Shown here one piece after another: positions 12,305-24,319 of a DNA stretch of 47,277 nt. This DNA is from Octopus bimaculoides. Lineage: Eukaryota. A model generated the notes under the pieces. That model saw only the letters and a program-made list of their open reading frames with translations. It had not been told where the DNA came from and ran no database searches. The DNA lies in the NCBI RefSeq assembly GCF_001194135.2, contig NC_068983.1:63371003-63418279 (forward strand), given 5' to 3'. The translations under genes were made by a program, and so were the position numbers. Numbering within the stretch: the first letter of the stretch is position 1; each line of letters begins with the position of its first letter.

Positions 12305-13900
12305 TTTTGAACAAGTGCACAAAGGTCTTCCAATCTAGGTTTCATCTTTGATAATCTACATCATAAGTTATCCTCTGGTTAAAGTTGGTTTCTTAACTTG
12401 GATTTTTGTATTTGTAAGAACTGAAAACCCTGATTTACAAAGATATCTTGTAGGAAAGGAACGAAGCAGCTTCATTGTATCATTTCCAACAACTAGCTTT
12501 TTGCTTCTAACATTCAACCAGAATGTACTATATATTCAATTATTTTAATGAAACTATATCAGTCATGTAATTTTGAACTTCTGTAAACTTTTCTTGTAAT
12601 TTATTAATGTTGACAAAATCTTCAAGAAAATTGTTAATGCCGGTACTAAATGGAATTCACACTCAATAGTATTTCTTGAAAAACTTCTGTTGGAATGCAG
12701 TTATTGAATTCTGTCATCAAATTTTGCTAGATGATTCAATATAATATTCTGTATGCTATTAAGATTATTATAATCTTATTTTAGTAGATCAAATGCTGGA
12801 AAAGATGCATTTATTTTCTCCATCAAACCAATAATTGTTTGTTCACAGCCTTTTAAAAAAGTTATTTGAGTCATTCACAATCCAGAAAAATATCAGAAAG
12901 ATAAGCTAATTGAAACATCCACTTGAAATCTAAAAATCTTGTAGCTAAAGGAGTTTCTCTTTTTTTTTTTTTTCAGATAATAAAATTTCTATTTCACTTT
13001 GTAATAGTATACTTCATTATAGAACCTTTCTGCAAAATAACTGTTTGAATTCGGAGGAGATAGTTCATATGCTCAAATTTACAACTGAACAAAAATCACT
13101 GAAGAGTCTATCTATTATTGAGGGATTTTTAACAATGTTATTCTTCATTAAACCCAATTCCAATATACTTTTGAAGTAAGATTTTCTCTACAAAGAAAAG
13201 AAAACTTTAAAATGAGGATTAACTTTCCTTGTTTTGGGGAAAAACCCTTGATAATTTCCAAGCATTAGGTTGTGCTATCAATTCATATGCTGAAATATTC
13301 ATTCCATTTTAATTACTCTTTATTAGAAATGGAATCTATCATTTCAAAAGTATTATTTCTCATAGCTGAAGTAGAAAATGATTTGCAGCATAAAATGCTC
13401 TCTTCCACACTTTTTCATTAGGATAGCACATATAAACCAGATGGGCATCTTTAAGTACAACTTTTGGTTCTTTCAGCTGATTTCTAAATTTTTGATTTGC
13501 TTTAAATGTGGAAATTAGCTACCTTTAAGATCACATGAAATATTCCCCAACATACCTAAAAATTATATCATTTGACTATGAAATATGTTGTAAGTTCTTA
13601 GCAAAATCTTCTTGACATATAATACAAATCACATCAATGGTTGGTGGTTTTATAGAATTTTCTCCAAATGTATGAGTCTTTCTTGATTCACCTAGAAACG
13701 CAATATAACATCTATGGAACATTTGCACAGAAAATTCAGTTCTATTATTTGAACTACTTAAATGTTTTTACTTCAGTTTCTTTTCCTTTTTATATAAAAT
13801 CTTTGAATTTCATCTCCAGGCGCCTTCAATTTTATTGTTGCCATGTGTCATTACTTAACACTTCAGAATATATCATCACACACAGTACTCCAACCATTCA
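12305..13900 (-). pseudogene. Degraded hAT (Buster/Charlie-type) transposase fossil; extent beyond 12305-12480 uncertain
   Basis: Dimerisation-domain motif MKLLRSFPTRYLCKSGFSVL followed, after a frameshift, by KSKLRNQL*PEDNL*CRLSKMKPRLEDLC. Confidence 0.7.
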
Positions 13901-15527
13901 ATGTGTAATAGTATATAGCAATATATGTAAAAATTGACGAGTATATTCACATTCTGACAATGAGATATAAGAGTTAACAGTCATATATAATTATAGACTT
14001 ATTAACTGACATAAAGCAAATTTTAAAATATTTATATATTGATAGCTCCTTTCATCACAAAACTGACTTAGGGATTAGTTATGATATTACCTTTGTATAA
14101 ATCAGCTAAATTCACATAAAAAAATAAAGTCAGATAGAGCCAGCCATATATAATTAAAGCTATGGATACCATCCAAGCCTACACTGTAGAAAATATGAAA
14201 GTTTCCTAAAAAGTTATTTTTCATAATTTAATGTTTTTCTATTAAATATATAAATTGCAAAAAATAAATGTATGAACATTAAACAAGTGAGATAAAGACA
14301 ACAAATATCAGATGAACTTTTTTTTTTTGCTATTCTAGCTATTTGATATCTAGTTATTTTTTAACTGTGATTTTCTGTTCATCATTTTGGGAAAAATCAA
14401 AGAGTAAATAGATTTTTAATATTTACCAAAAACATTATAATAAAATAAGTCATAAATAACAGTAACAACAACTGGCTGGAAAAGTTTGTACATTTTTAAC
14501 GAAAAGAAAATACTTTATGACCCACGAAAAACATTGGTAACCCTACTTTGGATTGTGCTCCTGAAGTTAAAAGACATGAAGCTTCTAAATTGGTAATAAA
14601 ATAAGATTTACTTTACTGAAGCTGATTTTGTTCTTGCTTACAAAATGGGTTACATAGCTTGATTAAACAATCTTCAGATATATTTTGTACTTATACACAC
14701 AGACAAACACAGAAGCTGCATGCACCAACAACAGACACAGCAGTGTATACATACACACATACAAAGACATACATTCGTATTAAAGAGATAACACAATGTC
14801 TTAATATTGCATTTTCTTAATACAGAAACAGATAAATAAAAAAAACTAATTTCAACATCGATAAGTCAGAGGGAATATTTCACAAATTTTCTGTCATATC
14901 TATTAAGAGTTCAAAATGTGCAGCTGTTATTAAGTGACACCAAAATTTCTGATGCTATAGAAATGTGATCTTTTTTGACTAAACACAAGTCTTGGAAGTC
15001 ATGTTTTTTGCTACTTTTTTTTCAAAAGATTATTACTTAATTATGCAGACATGATTAATTCTTTCCTTTGTGTAGCTTAAATTACAAAGGGAGTCATTTT
15101 ACCTTGAATAAGACCTCAGTCTATAGTATTCTCAAAATAATTCGCTATCTATTTTTGTTATATCTAAATAAAGAGAGATATACAGATGTAACCATTCTGC
15201 TATGCAGCACAACAAAAATACCTCTATCGAAAATAAATTTAAGACATATGAACTACTAGTGCAGTATAATATACAACTAACCATTTTGAATGAACTAAAA
15301 ACCACACAGCTACAGTGTCTTATGATATAATCCAAAAGCACAATGTAGAAAATAAAAAGTAAAGAATAAATGAAGAATGAGGAGAGTGGGATGACATTGT
15401 GTATTTGTGAGTTAGTGAAGAATAGAAGACAGATAGACATGGGGATATTTGTGCTAGTAATGGTGATTGTATGAACATTATATCTAAGATATGTTTAGTT
15501 GTTTATCCCAATTTAAGTGGTACTTAC

Positions 15528-15672
15528 CAGATTCTATTGAAATTGTTTCAATAACACTTGCATCCATTGAAGAGCTCTGGGAATTATCTGAGTGGCTTAA
15601 TGGATTGGAGTCATTAAGTGTCTCCCCTGTCCATGTCTCTATTGTGTTATTCAAGCCAACAACTTGAACATG
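15528..15672 (-). CDS. M1AP: M1AP coding exon 5 (145 nt; HVQVVGLNNTIETWTGETLNDSNPLSHSDNSQSSSMDASVIETISIES+G)
   Basis: Acceptor tttatttttcgttaag and donor G/gtaagt (phase 0 in, phase 1 out); QVV plus a Ser/Asp-rich linker matches the layout of human RFQVVEV...DTSNDESSILGTDIDLQTID. Confidence 0.82.
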
Positions 15673-17506
15673 CTTAACGAAAAATAAATAAACATATGAG
15701 CAAAACATACAGAAGGAAAAAGCAAAAGAATAATTGAAATGAAAATTTTATTTTACATGACAAGAGCCTAGAAGAAATACTGAAAAATATCTGTTATTGG
15801 AAGTATTTTCAATTAAAAATAAAAATTACAACACATGTTTAATATTAACTCACAATTATCAGTATAGAATGGATTTATTATATAATTCAAAATAAATTTC
15901 TACATAGTTATATATTGCTATTTTGAGCATCAGCAGTTTATGTGATCTCATTGGAAAAACTATGCTTGAGATTTTCTAATGGTATCACAAAGAGGAATAA
16001 ACTGGGTTTGTCTGAAGATTCAGGTCACAACTTTCCAAGATAAGATAATCTGTCAAGTTTTAAACGAAAATTAGCTTAATATGTTTCCTAATGTATTGGT
16101 ATAACAATGCTTTTAAATTCATTCCCTCAAATTCCTTACATTCATCCCTACAATGTAACTGATGAGCAAACATTTTATGGAATACACAATGTACTTGGAA
16201 CATCTTAACAGTTTCTATAGAAATAACTGCTTAGTTTTTCTTCTGCTTTAATTTTTTAAATATGTGTAACAATAGCAATAATAATGATCTATTGATTGCC
16301 TTTACATGATAAATTACTTATTTCAATCAATGTAATTAAATTTCAGTAAACTTGGTATATGTAACAAAACACATACACTCACAGATATACACACTCTCAC
16401 ACAAATACATGCACACTCTCCTACACACACTTTTGAATAAATTAGAAACGGTTTTTCTTTCACAATTTTATACTAGAAGCATGACTATGTTCCAGCTGAA
16501 TCATTTCAATCAGAGTTTTTCTTATTTTTGCATATCTTACAGTTTGGAACACTGAAGGTCTGAAATATGCTGTTGTCAGTATCCTTAGTATGATCATTAG
16601 GATATAAAGTGTTGCTGGTTTCAGTATTGTCCATTTTATAATGGGAAATTTTTATTTATGCAGACTGTAATGTTAGCATCTGACTGTCAGAGTTTCAAAT
16701 TAACAGGCATGTGTTTGGCTTCCAAGATTACATATCATTAGTCACATGATTATTCTGTTTGTGATGTATATTGTCTGTGTACTTATCAATTTTTGAGAGA
16801 AAAAGCATGGATGTATTGCCTGCTAATATTTTTTCCTGTCTATCTTTGTCTTACAGTGTCTAATGTATTGGGCTGAAATTACTCATAAATGTATAGTGAA
16901 GCTACAAGAGAGAGCGTTGTGCTTATTCGCTCAACATAACAGTTAGAATCCTGAAGTTTACAACTTTATTTTGACAATGAAATTTAAAACAACAGCTTTT
17001 ATGTGCCTGGTGGCCTTGGAAAAAGATGTGTGATAGATGAGACTGAAAGGGCTGAAGACAGACACCCTCCACTTTGGCAAAACTTTCATCAACTTTTTCA
17101 AGTTTCATAAAGAGGAAAATAAGGATGACTGGAGAATTGTCACCAACCAGTAAAATTTACAGAAAGATGGATGAGAGCAGCAAATATGGTCCAAATGAAC
17201 AAGCCTGCCCTGAGCAATCACCTTTAGATTGAAAGGGGCAGCTGGGAATGTGCTGGTGGTTAGAGTGACCATGGCTTTTGTAGGGTTTCCATGAGTAACT
17301 CTCGGAGTTTTCCCCACTTTTAGAGAAGTCCATGTTTCAATTGTTTTGTAGGAGGAGTGTTTCATTTTTCGTTATTTCTCTTGTTAAAATGTTTTTTGTG
17401 TAACTCCACACTGAAGCACCTTAAACCATATTTGATCTTCTTGTCAACGCTAATGGATAATAAAAAAAACACTACTGTTATTATTATTATTATTATTATT
17501 TAAAAA

Positions 17507-17725
17507 GGCAGTGAGCTGACAGAATCATTAGCACCCGGGTGAAATGCTTAGCAGTATTTAGTCTGTCTTAACGTTCTGAGTTCATAGTCAACCAAGGTTG
17601 ACTTTGCCTTTCATCCTTTCGAGGTCGATAAATTAAGTACCAACTGAGTACTGGAGTCGATGTTATCGATTATCTCTCTCCCCACAAAATCCAGGCCTTG
17701 TGCCTGTAGTAGAAAGAATTATTAT
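17507..17725 (+). mobile_element. tRNA-headed SINE with (ATT)n tail; further copies at 18078-18278(+), 21360-21480(-), 21610-21735(+), 22340-22520(+), 25084-25298(+), 30060-30290(-), 30300-30440(-) and 32930-33130(-)
   Basis: Shared ggcagtgagctgacagaatc head, B-box-like gagttcaaat(t)c and central block gactttgcctttcatcctttcgaggtcgataaattaagtacca in multiple dispersed copies on both strands. Confidence 0.85.
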
Positions 17726-17734
17726 TATCATTTA

Positions 17735-18030
17735 AGATGTCGCACAGTATCCAATATCGCAATGTTGTTGATTGATGATATTGTGTCTACCAGGGGTTTG
17801 TACTGTCTGTCAAGTCACAACAAAGACCTCAGACAGACAGTACTTATGCAATATGCATGCTGTTCCAAGTAATATTGATTTTTTCAATATGCCTAGATTG
17901 TAGGGTATTTCTAAAGTTTCCAGATGTTTCTTCAGGTTGGGTTGTATTAAACCCAATGCTCCGATGACAATAAGGACAACCTTTATAGTTGATTCTTGTA
18001 ACTCCCACACCTTGGTGATTTCAATTCTCA
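17735..18030 (-). mobile_element. R4/Dong-clade LINE 3' end (restriction-like endonuclease C-terminus plus 3' UTR, AAT tail)
   Basis: LRIEITKVWEL...VVLIVIGALGLI...LKKSILLGTACILHK matches the RLE C-terminal consensus (IPIVIGALG, QKxALLGTARILR). Confidence 0.8.
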
Positions 18031-18299
18031 GGTAATAATAATAATTATTATTATAATTGTTGTTGTAGTTGTTGTTGTGACAAACTGACAGAATCTTTAG
18101 AATGTCAGACAAAATATTGAGAAGCATTTCTTCTAGCTCCTTATATTCAGAGTTCAAATTCTATTGACATCGGCTTTGCATTCCATCTCTTCAGAGTTGA
18201 TAAAATAAAGTACTTGTCAAATACTAGGGTCAATGTAATCAACTAATCCCCTCCTACTAAAATTGCTGGCCTTGTACACTGGCATTCTACAGAGGATTA

Positions 18300-18800
18300 G
18301 TGGTGGAAAAACATGATGTTCTTGAGGAGACCTTAGGCATTGAAGGCAATCAACTAGCCACTCCCTTCCAAATAATTTTTGGCCCAGGGCCAATGGATAA
18401 CTTTCAGAAATCCATGGTTTGGCAGTGCCACCAAGGAGTATTGCCAGTTCAAGATAAAGCCTATAGGCATGGAAGTACCAAGCATGTCTCAGATACATGT
18501 AGGGCGACAAAACTGTCCTACACACATTCATCCAGTGCCCACGCATTCCTGACCTGTGGGTTTATTTCAAATACCTGCTGTCATGACGGATCCAGCTATC
18601 AACTGAATCCATTGAGAAAATCACCCCACCACCACCTTTTAACTGGGAAAAGCAGGCAGTTTTTATGTACCTGGTGGCCATGGCAAAAGAGATTGTATAA
18701 TCGGAATAATTAAAGGAGTTGATAAACATTTTCCTCTTTAGCCAATCCCTTCACTTGAAAAGGGAAATAAGGATGGGGAGGGAAGTGTTGCCTTCCAGCC
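18300..18800 (+). mobile_element. L1/Tx1-clade LINE 3' fragment (zf-RVT/CCHC region)
   Basis: FGPGPMDNFQKSMVWQCHQGVLPVQDKAYRHG, then after a frameshift CLRYM*GDKTVLHTFIQCPRIPDLW. Confidence 0.75.
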
Positions 18801-19009
18801 GTTTTGTTGAAAGGTGGATGTGAGTGGCAAGCATGGTACAAGAGAACAGGCCTTCCCTGATTACATGCAAAACCCTCTTTTGATTAATGTTTTACTTAAT
18901 GTCAACCCTTTGTGGTTAACAAAGAAATCATTATTATTATCAATAATATTAATATGGTAATTTTTTTGTTTTGTACGTATCTGTTGCGTACGTCACACTT
19001 ACTTCAAAG

Positions 19010-19121
19010 AAGTGGCAAAGCGAGAGAGAGGAGGACAGAGAGAAAGAGAGAGTGAGAGAGAGAAAGAGAGAGTGAAAGAGACAGTGAGTGGTGACAGCGT
19101 TCGTTTTGTGTTTTTAAATGT

Positions 19122-19161
<40 letters not shown>

Positions 19162-19430
19162 AGAGTGAAAGAGACAGTAAGTGGTGACGGTGTTCGTTTT
19201 GTCTTTTTAGATGTTTCAGAGAGGACGTAAGAGAGAAAGAAAGCGGGTGAGAGAAAGAGAAAAAGTGAGAGAGAAAGAGACAGTGAAAGAGACAGTGAGT
19301 GGTGACGGCGTTCATCGCAAGAGAAGTAGATACATAGATACATATACACATTGTTAAATCAAAAGCAGGAGAGAAGAGGGACACAAAGGAAGTGAAAGAG
19401 AAAGAGAGAAAGTGAGAGAGACAGTAGATA
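19010..19430. repeat. (GA)n-rich composite repeat with three copies of gagtgaaagagacagt[g/a]agtggtgac[a/g]g[c/t]gttc
   Basis: Copies at ~19070, ~19162 and ~19285; a related motif is at ~19935. Confidence 0.8.
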
Positions 19431-19602
19431 CGTAAGTCCAAAGAAAAGTTCATATATTACCACACAAGGACAAAATTAACTCACAAATGGCTGAGTACAC
19501 CACAGACATGCATAACATTAATGTAGTTCTCAGGGAGATTCAGCCTCACACAGAATATGACAAGGCTGGCCTCTTTGAATTACAGCTACAATGCAAGACA
19601 AT

Positions 19603-19817
19603 ATACAAAAATAAGAGGAATGACCAGCAAAAGTGGATTCCTATATGCTAGAAATAGATGCCGAATCATCTAACCACGAAGAAATATGTTCTCAGTAAAA
19701 AAATAGCGACACAACAGACTGTAAAAGGGCAAGGCAAATGAAAAAATACTATGATTCGGCATCTATTTCTAGCATATAGGAGTCCACTTTTGCTGGTCAT
19801 TCCTCTTATTTTTGTAT
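19603..19817. mobile_element. Young foldback/MITE-like element: 67-bp arms with one mismatch and an 81-bp spacer
   Basis: 19603-19669 is the reverse complement of 19751-19817 except for one position (ggattc versus ggactc). Confidence 0.9.
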
Positions 19818-20599
19818 GTAATATAATTTTAATCTTCGGATTTTTTTAATATGCTAGACCACTGGTTTTAATTGATTAATATCAATTTCTACCCTCATAA
19901 ATAAATGCAAGACAATGTATATATATATATGAGAGGACTGAGTGGTGACAAAAGGAAGGTGATGTTTGTTTTGTGTTTTCAACCACAAAACTGAGAGAGA
20001 AAGAGAGAATGAGAGAGAAAGAGCTTAAAGACACAACTAAAACAATTCCAGTCAGTGGCAAAGCAACAGGTAGGAAGAGAGAGAGGTGAAGAGTTCATTG
20101 TGGACAATCTGACACTTACTGTCTGTCTGTCTGTCTGTCTCTCTCTCTGAGTATGTGTTTGTGTATGTGTGTGCATGTATGTGTATGTTTGTATGTATAT
20201 TATGATTGTGCATGTTGCCGTTTTGAATTACTATCTGTGACTGACCTTAAACTGCTATTAAAGGCCCAAACACACACATTTGTTTTAACCCGTTTCAACT
20301 GCAGCCATGCACAAAACAAAGTGTTTTGCTTCAAAATTTAAATGTTGAACTTGTTTTCATTATAAAATTACACCTCAGCTAAAAAAAAACATTTTTTGGC
20401 TTCAGAATATGTTAAAATTTCTGGCTCATTTGTTGATGTGTCATCATTACACATCCACATTACACCTTTAAGATCGGGGGGGGGGAACCAGTTAGGGGCC
20501 TGCTGAATGTCTCTCAGCATACCAGCAAACCACAAAATCGCACAAGCTGAAATCACCACCACCTCCAAGCCCATCATATATATATATATGTATGTATGT

Positions 20600-20605
20600 A
20601 TGTAT

Positions 20606-20636
<31 letters not shown>

Positions 20637-20850
20637 TTGTGTTTGTCTGTATTTGTCCTACCACTATTGCTTGACAACCGACGTTGGTGCGTTTGCGTCC
20701 CTGTAATTTAGCTGTTCAGCAGAAGTGACTGATAGAATAGGCACCAGGCTTACAGGGAATAAGTTCAGGGGTCGATTTCTTCGACTAAACGGTGGTGCTC
20801 CAGCATGGCCACTGTCAAATGACTGAAACAAGTAAAAGAATAAAAGAATA
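20600..20850 (+). mobile_element. SINE 3' half following a (GT)n tract
   Basis: Same family as 3621-3840 and 38890-39225; ends gtcaaatgactgaaacaagtaaaagaataaaagaata. Confidence 0.85.
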
Positions 20851-20913
20851 CCAGAAAAACGTTCTGTACCACTAAACCAAGAAGGTTCTTTGAATATGTA
20901 CGATGTATTCTAA

Positions 20914-20998
20914 GGGCATATGACGTAGTGGTTAAGAGCACGGGCTACTAACTCCAAGATTCTGAGTTCGATTCCAGGCAGTGACCTGAATAATAATG

Positions 20999-21043
<45 letters not shown>

Positions 21044-21233
21044 TCTAAAAATACTTTAGGAATGAGAACCCAGGTTCGAAATTTCCCCAAGACACCTGAT
21101 GAAGGCTGGAGGGTATATCAGCAGAAACATTGTGTTAACAACAAACAAGACGAGGACAAATATCTATCAAATGTAAATAATATAAATAATGTGAATAATG
21201 TACATAATTCCTCATCTCTTAAATATAGAACTG
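20914..21233 (+). mobile_element. tRNA-derived SINE: Pol III head, (AAT)n, then a Penelope-type hammerhead-like tail
   Basis: A-box tgacgtagtgg (20921-20931), B-box gagttcgattcc (20964-20975), (AAT)n at 20989-21043, then acac-CTGATGA-a-ggctg...cagca-GAAA-catt-gtgt at 21092-21135. Confidence 0.8.
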
Positions 21234-21768
21234 AAATAGTAATTCCATTTACATTTGTGCAACTGAGATATTTTGGATGGATCATATAGTCGTTGGTGTT
21301 ACATTACTTTCTATATTCTGTAACTGTCACAATATACTTTTCTAAGCCTGAAATTTTTGTGGGGATGGGGCCAATTGATTAGATCGACCCATTACACAAC
21401 TGGTACTTAATTTATCAACCCCAAAAGGACGAAAGGTAAAGTTGACCTTGGCAGAATTTGAACTCAGAACATAAATACAGTCATAATATACAAATATTTC
21501 TCATGGCACTAGTACACTGTTTACAGATGCTTACATTTCTTATCTTTTCCATGAATTTTTCACAAGTCCGGCTAGTTACTATTATTATTATTATCTTTTA
21601 TATTATAATAGATTCCACAGAGTTGACTTTACCTTTCATCTTTTGGGGTTGATAAAATAAGTACCAGTTGATCACTGGGGTCAATGTAATTGATTTCTCC
21701 CCTATCCCCAAATTGCTGGCCTTGTGTCAAAATTTGAAATCATAATCATCATCATTATAATTATTATT

Positions 21769-22303
21769 GAGTGCCATCAAAGTGACACTGGGGTAAAATA
21801 TATGAAGCCCAGTATACCTATCATGACTACCCGTCTGATAAGGGTATACCAGGCACATGCATTACAACCATATGTGCGTGACATGGTGATCGTATATCAA
21901 GATAAACAGTGCATGACCTTGCAGGTGGAGCTCAGTTAGAATTTTCTTCAGGTCGAGTAGCCCATCCAGCTCAAAACGTCCCTGAATAAGGGTTGTTTAA
22001 GGATGTTGAACGAAACACCCATGTTTCCAAAGGTGAATTATCCAAACCCAAAAGAATTCCTTTCAACACATGGCTATGATGCTCCCCCACTACTTTTGCT
22101 TGTAATCAGAGATGCACATATCATCAGCCACTAAGGGACATACTTAACTGGCAGAAGTCAAACAACTGAGAAACAAATCTGTGGTATTGAGCAGAATATT
22201 TGCTGAAGCCCATCTTTTATACCAAGACAAAACAATGTACATGATAACACTTCCAATCAGTTAAGATCAGGAGCCATGAGAGCCACTGCCAGGTACTGCA
22301 TCA
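21769..22303. mobile_element. Unclassified ~540-bp interspersed repeat, copy 1
   Basis: Colinear over its full length with 23626-24176 (roughly 80% by eye); no ORF; flanked by ATT/ATC/GTT microsatellites. Confidence 0.85.
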
Positions 22304-23625
22304 ATTATTATCGTTGTTGTTGTTGTTGTTAAGTTAGCAAGCACACAGATTCATCACCACATTGAACAAAATGTTTAATAGCATTTCTTCTTGTCTTTTG
22401 CAACTCGAGTTCAAATGCTGCTGAAGACAACTGTGTCTTTCAACCTTCTTGAGTCAATAAAATAAGCACTAGTTCAGCAGAGGTCAACTTTGCTTTTCAT
22501 TTTTCTGGGTCAATAAAATAAGGTAACAGCCTATATTATGAACAACCACTCAGCTTCATAATCTAAACTATTATACTTTTTGTTGTTGTTATCCGAGTTT
22601 ACCATGGACAGACAGGTCTTTTTACTCCATGCAATTTGGATTTTTCCAAGAATAATAAAAGAAGAAAACATTTTTTTAATATTTTCTGAAAAGAACCCTT
22701 CAGGAACATTCTGGAAGTCTTTCCCATACTGAGGGAGGAATATCTGGACATTTTAGATGTAATTTTATTGTGTTTAGATTAAACCTAAGGTAAACAGTTC
22801 CCAATCATAGAAGTAAATTGAACAGCACAAGGAAAAATAGTAATGACCCTTTGACACATAACAATGACATCAATTCAAAACACTTCAAGGTTAATAACAA
22901 CAATGTATGTACACAAAAATACATTTTGCCAAATATACAAATGGTAAAAGAATGGGGTATTTTGTGTGTGGACATTCAACAAGGAACAAAAATTAATGAC
23001 TTTTTAACAGATAACAGTGACATTAATTTAAAACATTCAAATGCTATGAAAAACAACAATGTATGTGCACAAAAATACATTTCACCAAATGAACAAAGCA
23101 TAAAAAATATCATAATGGATAGAATCACAAAAAGATTTAGGAGAATAACAATAATAGGTCTATCTCTTAACTACTGTATTTGTTCACTGCAGGCAAACGG
23201 ACAGAATCACAAAAATACAAAAAAAATATTCAGGAGTATAACAATATTAGGCCTATCTCTCAACTACACTATTTCTTCTCCTGAATTCGCTACTTTCCTC
23301 ATCACTTTTACCAATTTGATTGCTTGAATCACTCCCATTGCCAGCATAAGTATAAATCCTTCAACTGAAGAATAAATATTATCAATAATTTCCTCAAGTG
23401 CAAAGAGTCTAGGCCTTGCTAATTTACTAGATGAAGTGCTGGATTCATCACATGCTTGTTTCACTTTTTTTTTTTAAATCAAAAGTAAACACCTGTGAGG
23501 AACATCATTAAGAATGAGTCATAAACACACTTGACTACAAAGCTGTAATGTGATCAGTTGTCTATTTTTAGTAATTTATCTTCTTTTTCTACATGATGAT
23601 GATGATGATATTTATTATTATTATT

Positions 23626-24176
23626 GAGTGAGAGAGCAGTGCATGCCATCAAAATGACAATAGGGTCAAAATATATAAAGCCCTTTATACCCATTATGCC
23701 TACCCGTCTGAAAAGGGTACACCAGGAATATGCATCATAACCATATGTACGTGACATGGTGACCTTAAATCAAGATAAACAGCACATGAACTCGCAGGTG
23801 GAGCCCCAGTTAGAATCTTCTTCTGGTTGAGTAGCCCATCCTACTCAAGAGGTCCCTAAATGAGGGTTGTTTAAGGGTGATGAACAAAACACCCATGGTT
23901 CCAGAGGTGAAATATTCAAACCCCAAAGAATTCCTCTCAACACATGGCTATGATGCTCCCCCACTACTCCTGCTTGAGATCAGAGATGCACATATTGTCA
24001 ACCACTAAGGGATATGCTAAACTGGTTAAGGTCAAGCAACTGACAAGCAAATCTGTGGTATTGAGCAGAATATTTTCTGTAACCCATCTTTTTATACCAA
24101 GACAAAACAACGTACATGATAACACTTCCAATCGGTTAAGACCAGAAGCCATGAGAGCCACTTCTTGGTACTGCAT
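23626..24176. mobile_element. Unclassified ~550-bp interspersed repeat, copy 2
   Basis: Same orientation as copy 1; flanked by (ATG/ATT)n on the left and a long (ATT)n at 24188-24275 on the right. Confidence 0.85.
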
Positions 24177-24220
24177 TAAGGAATTTATTATCATTATCAT
24201 TATTATTATTGTTATTATTA

Positions 24221-24255
<35 letters not shown>

Positions 24256-24319
24256 CATTATTATTATTATTATTATGAAAACACACAGAGACTAAACTTA
24301 TACGTTTTTTATCATCATT

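Noticed and set aside
15132-15223. SIEVFLLCCIAEWLH, loosely like human M1AP SMEIFFKAWLH, with a phase-compatible AG
   Set aside because: It needs a multi-residue insertion, hits a stop at 15132 with no good donor, and lacks the downstream conserved residues. Probably chance, but worth a glance in RNA-seq.
20914-20985. Functional tRNA gene
   Set aside because: It has A and B boxes but no convincing acceptor stem or full cloverleaf, and runs directly into (AAT)n and a repeat body, so it is a SINE head.
21769-24176. LTR-internal-LTR (TRIM-like) interpretation of the two ~540-bp direct repeats (TG...CA ends, TATA-like box)
   Set aside because: There is no primer-binding site, polypurine tract or 4-6 bp TSD. 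Each copy is separately embedded in microsatellite, and the interval contains an ordinary SINE.
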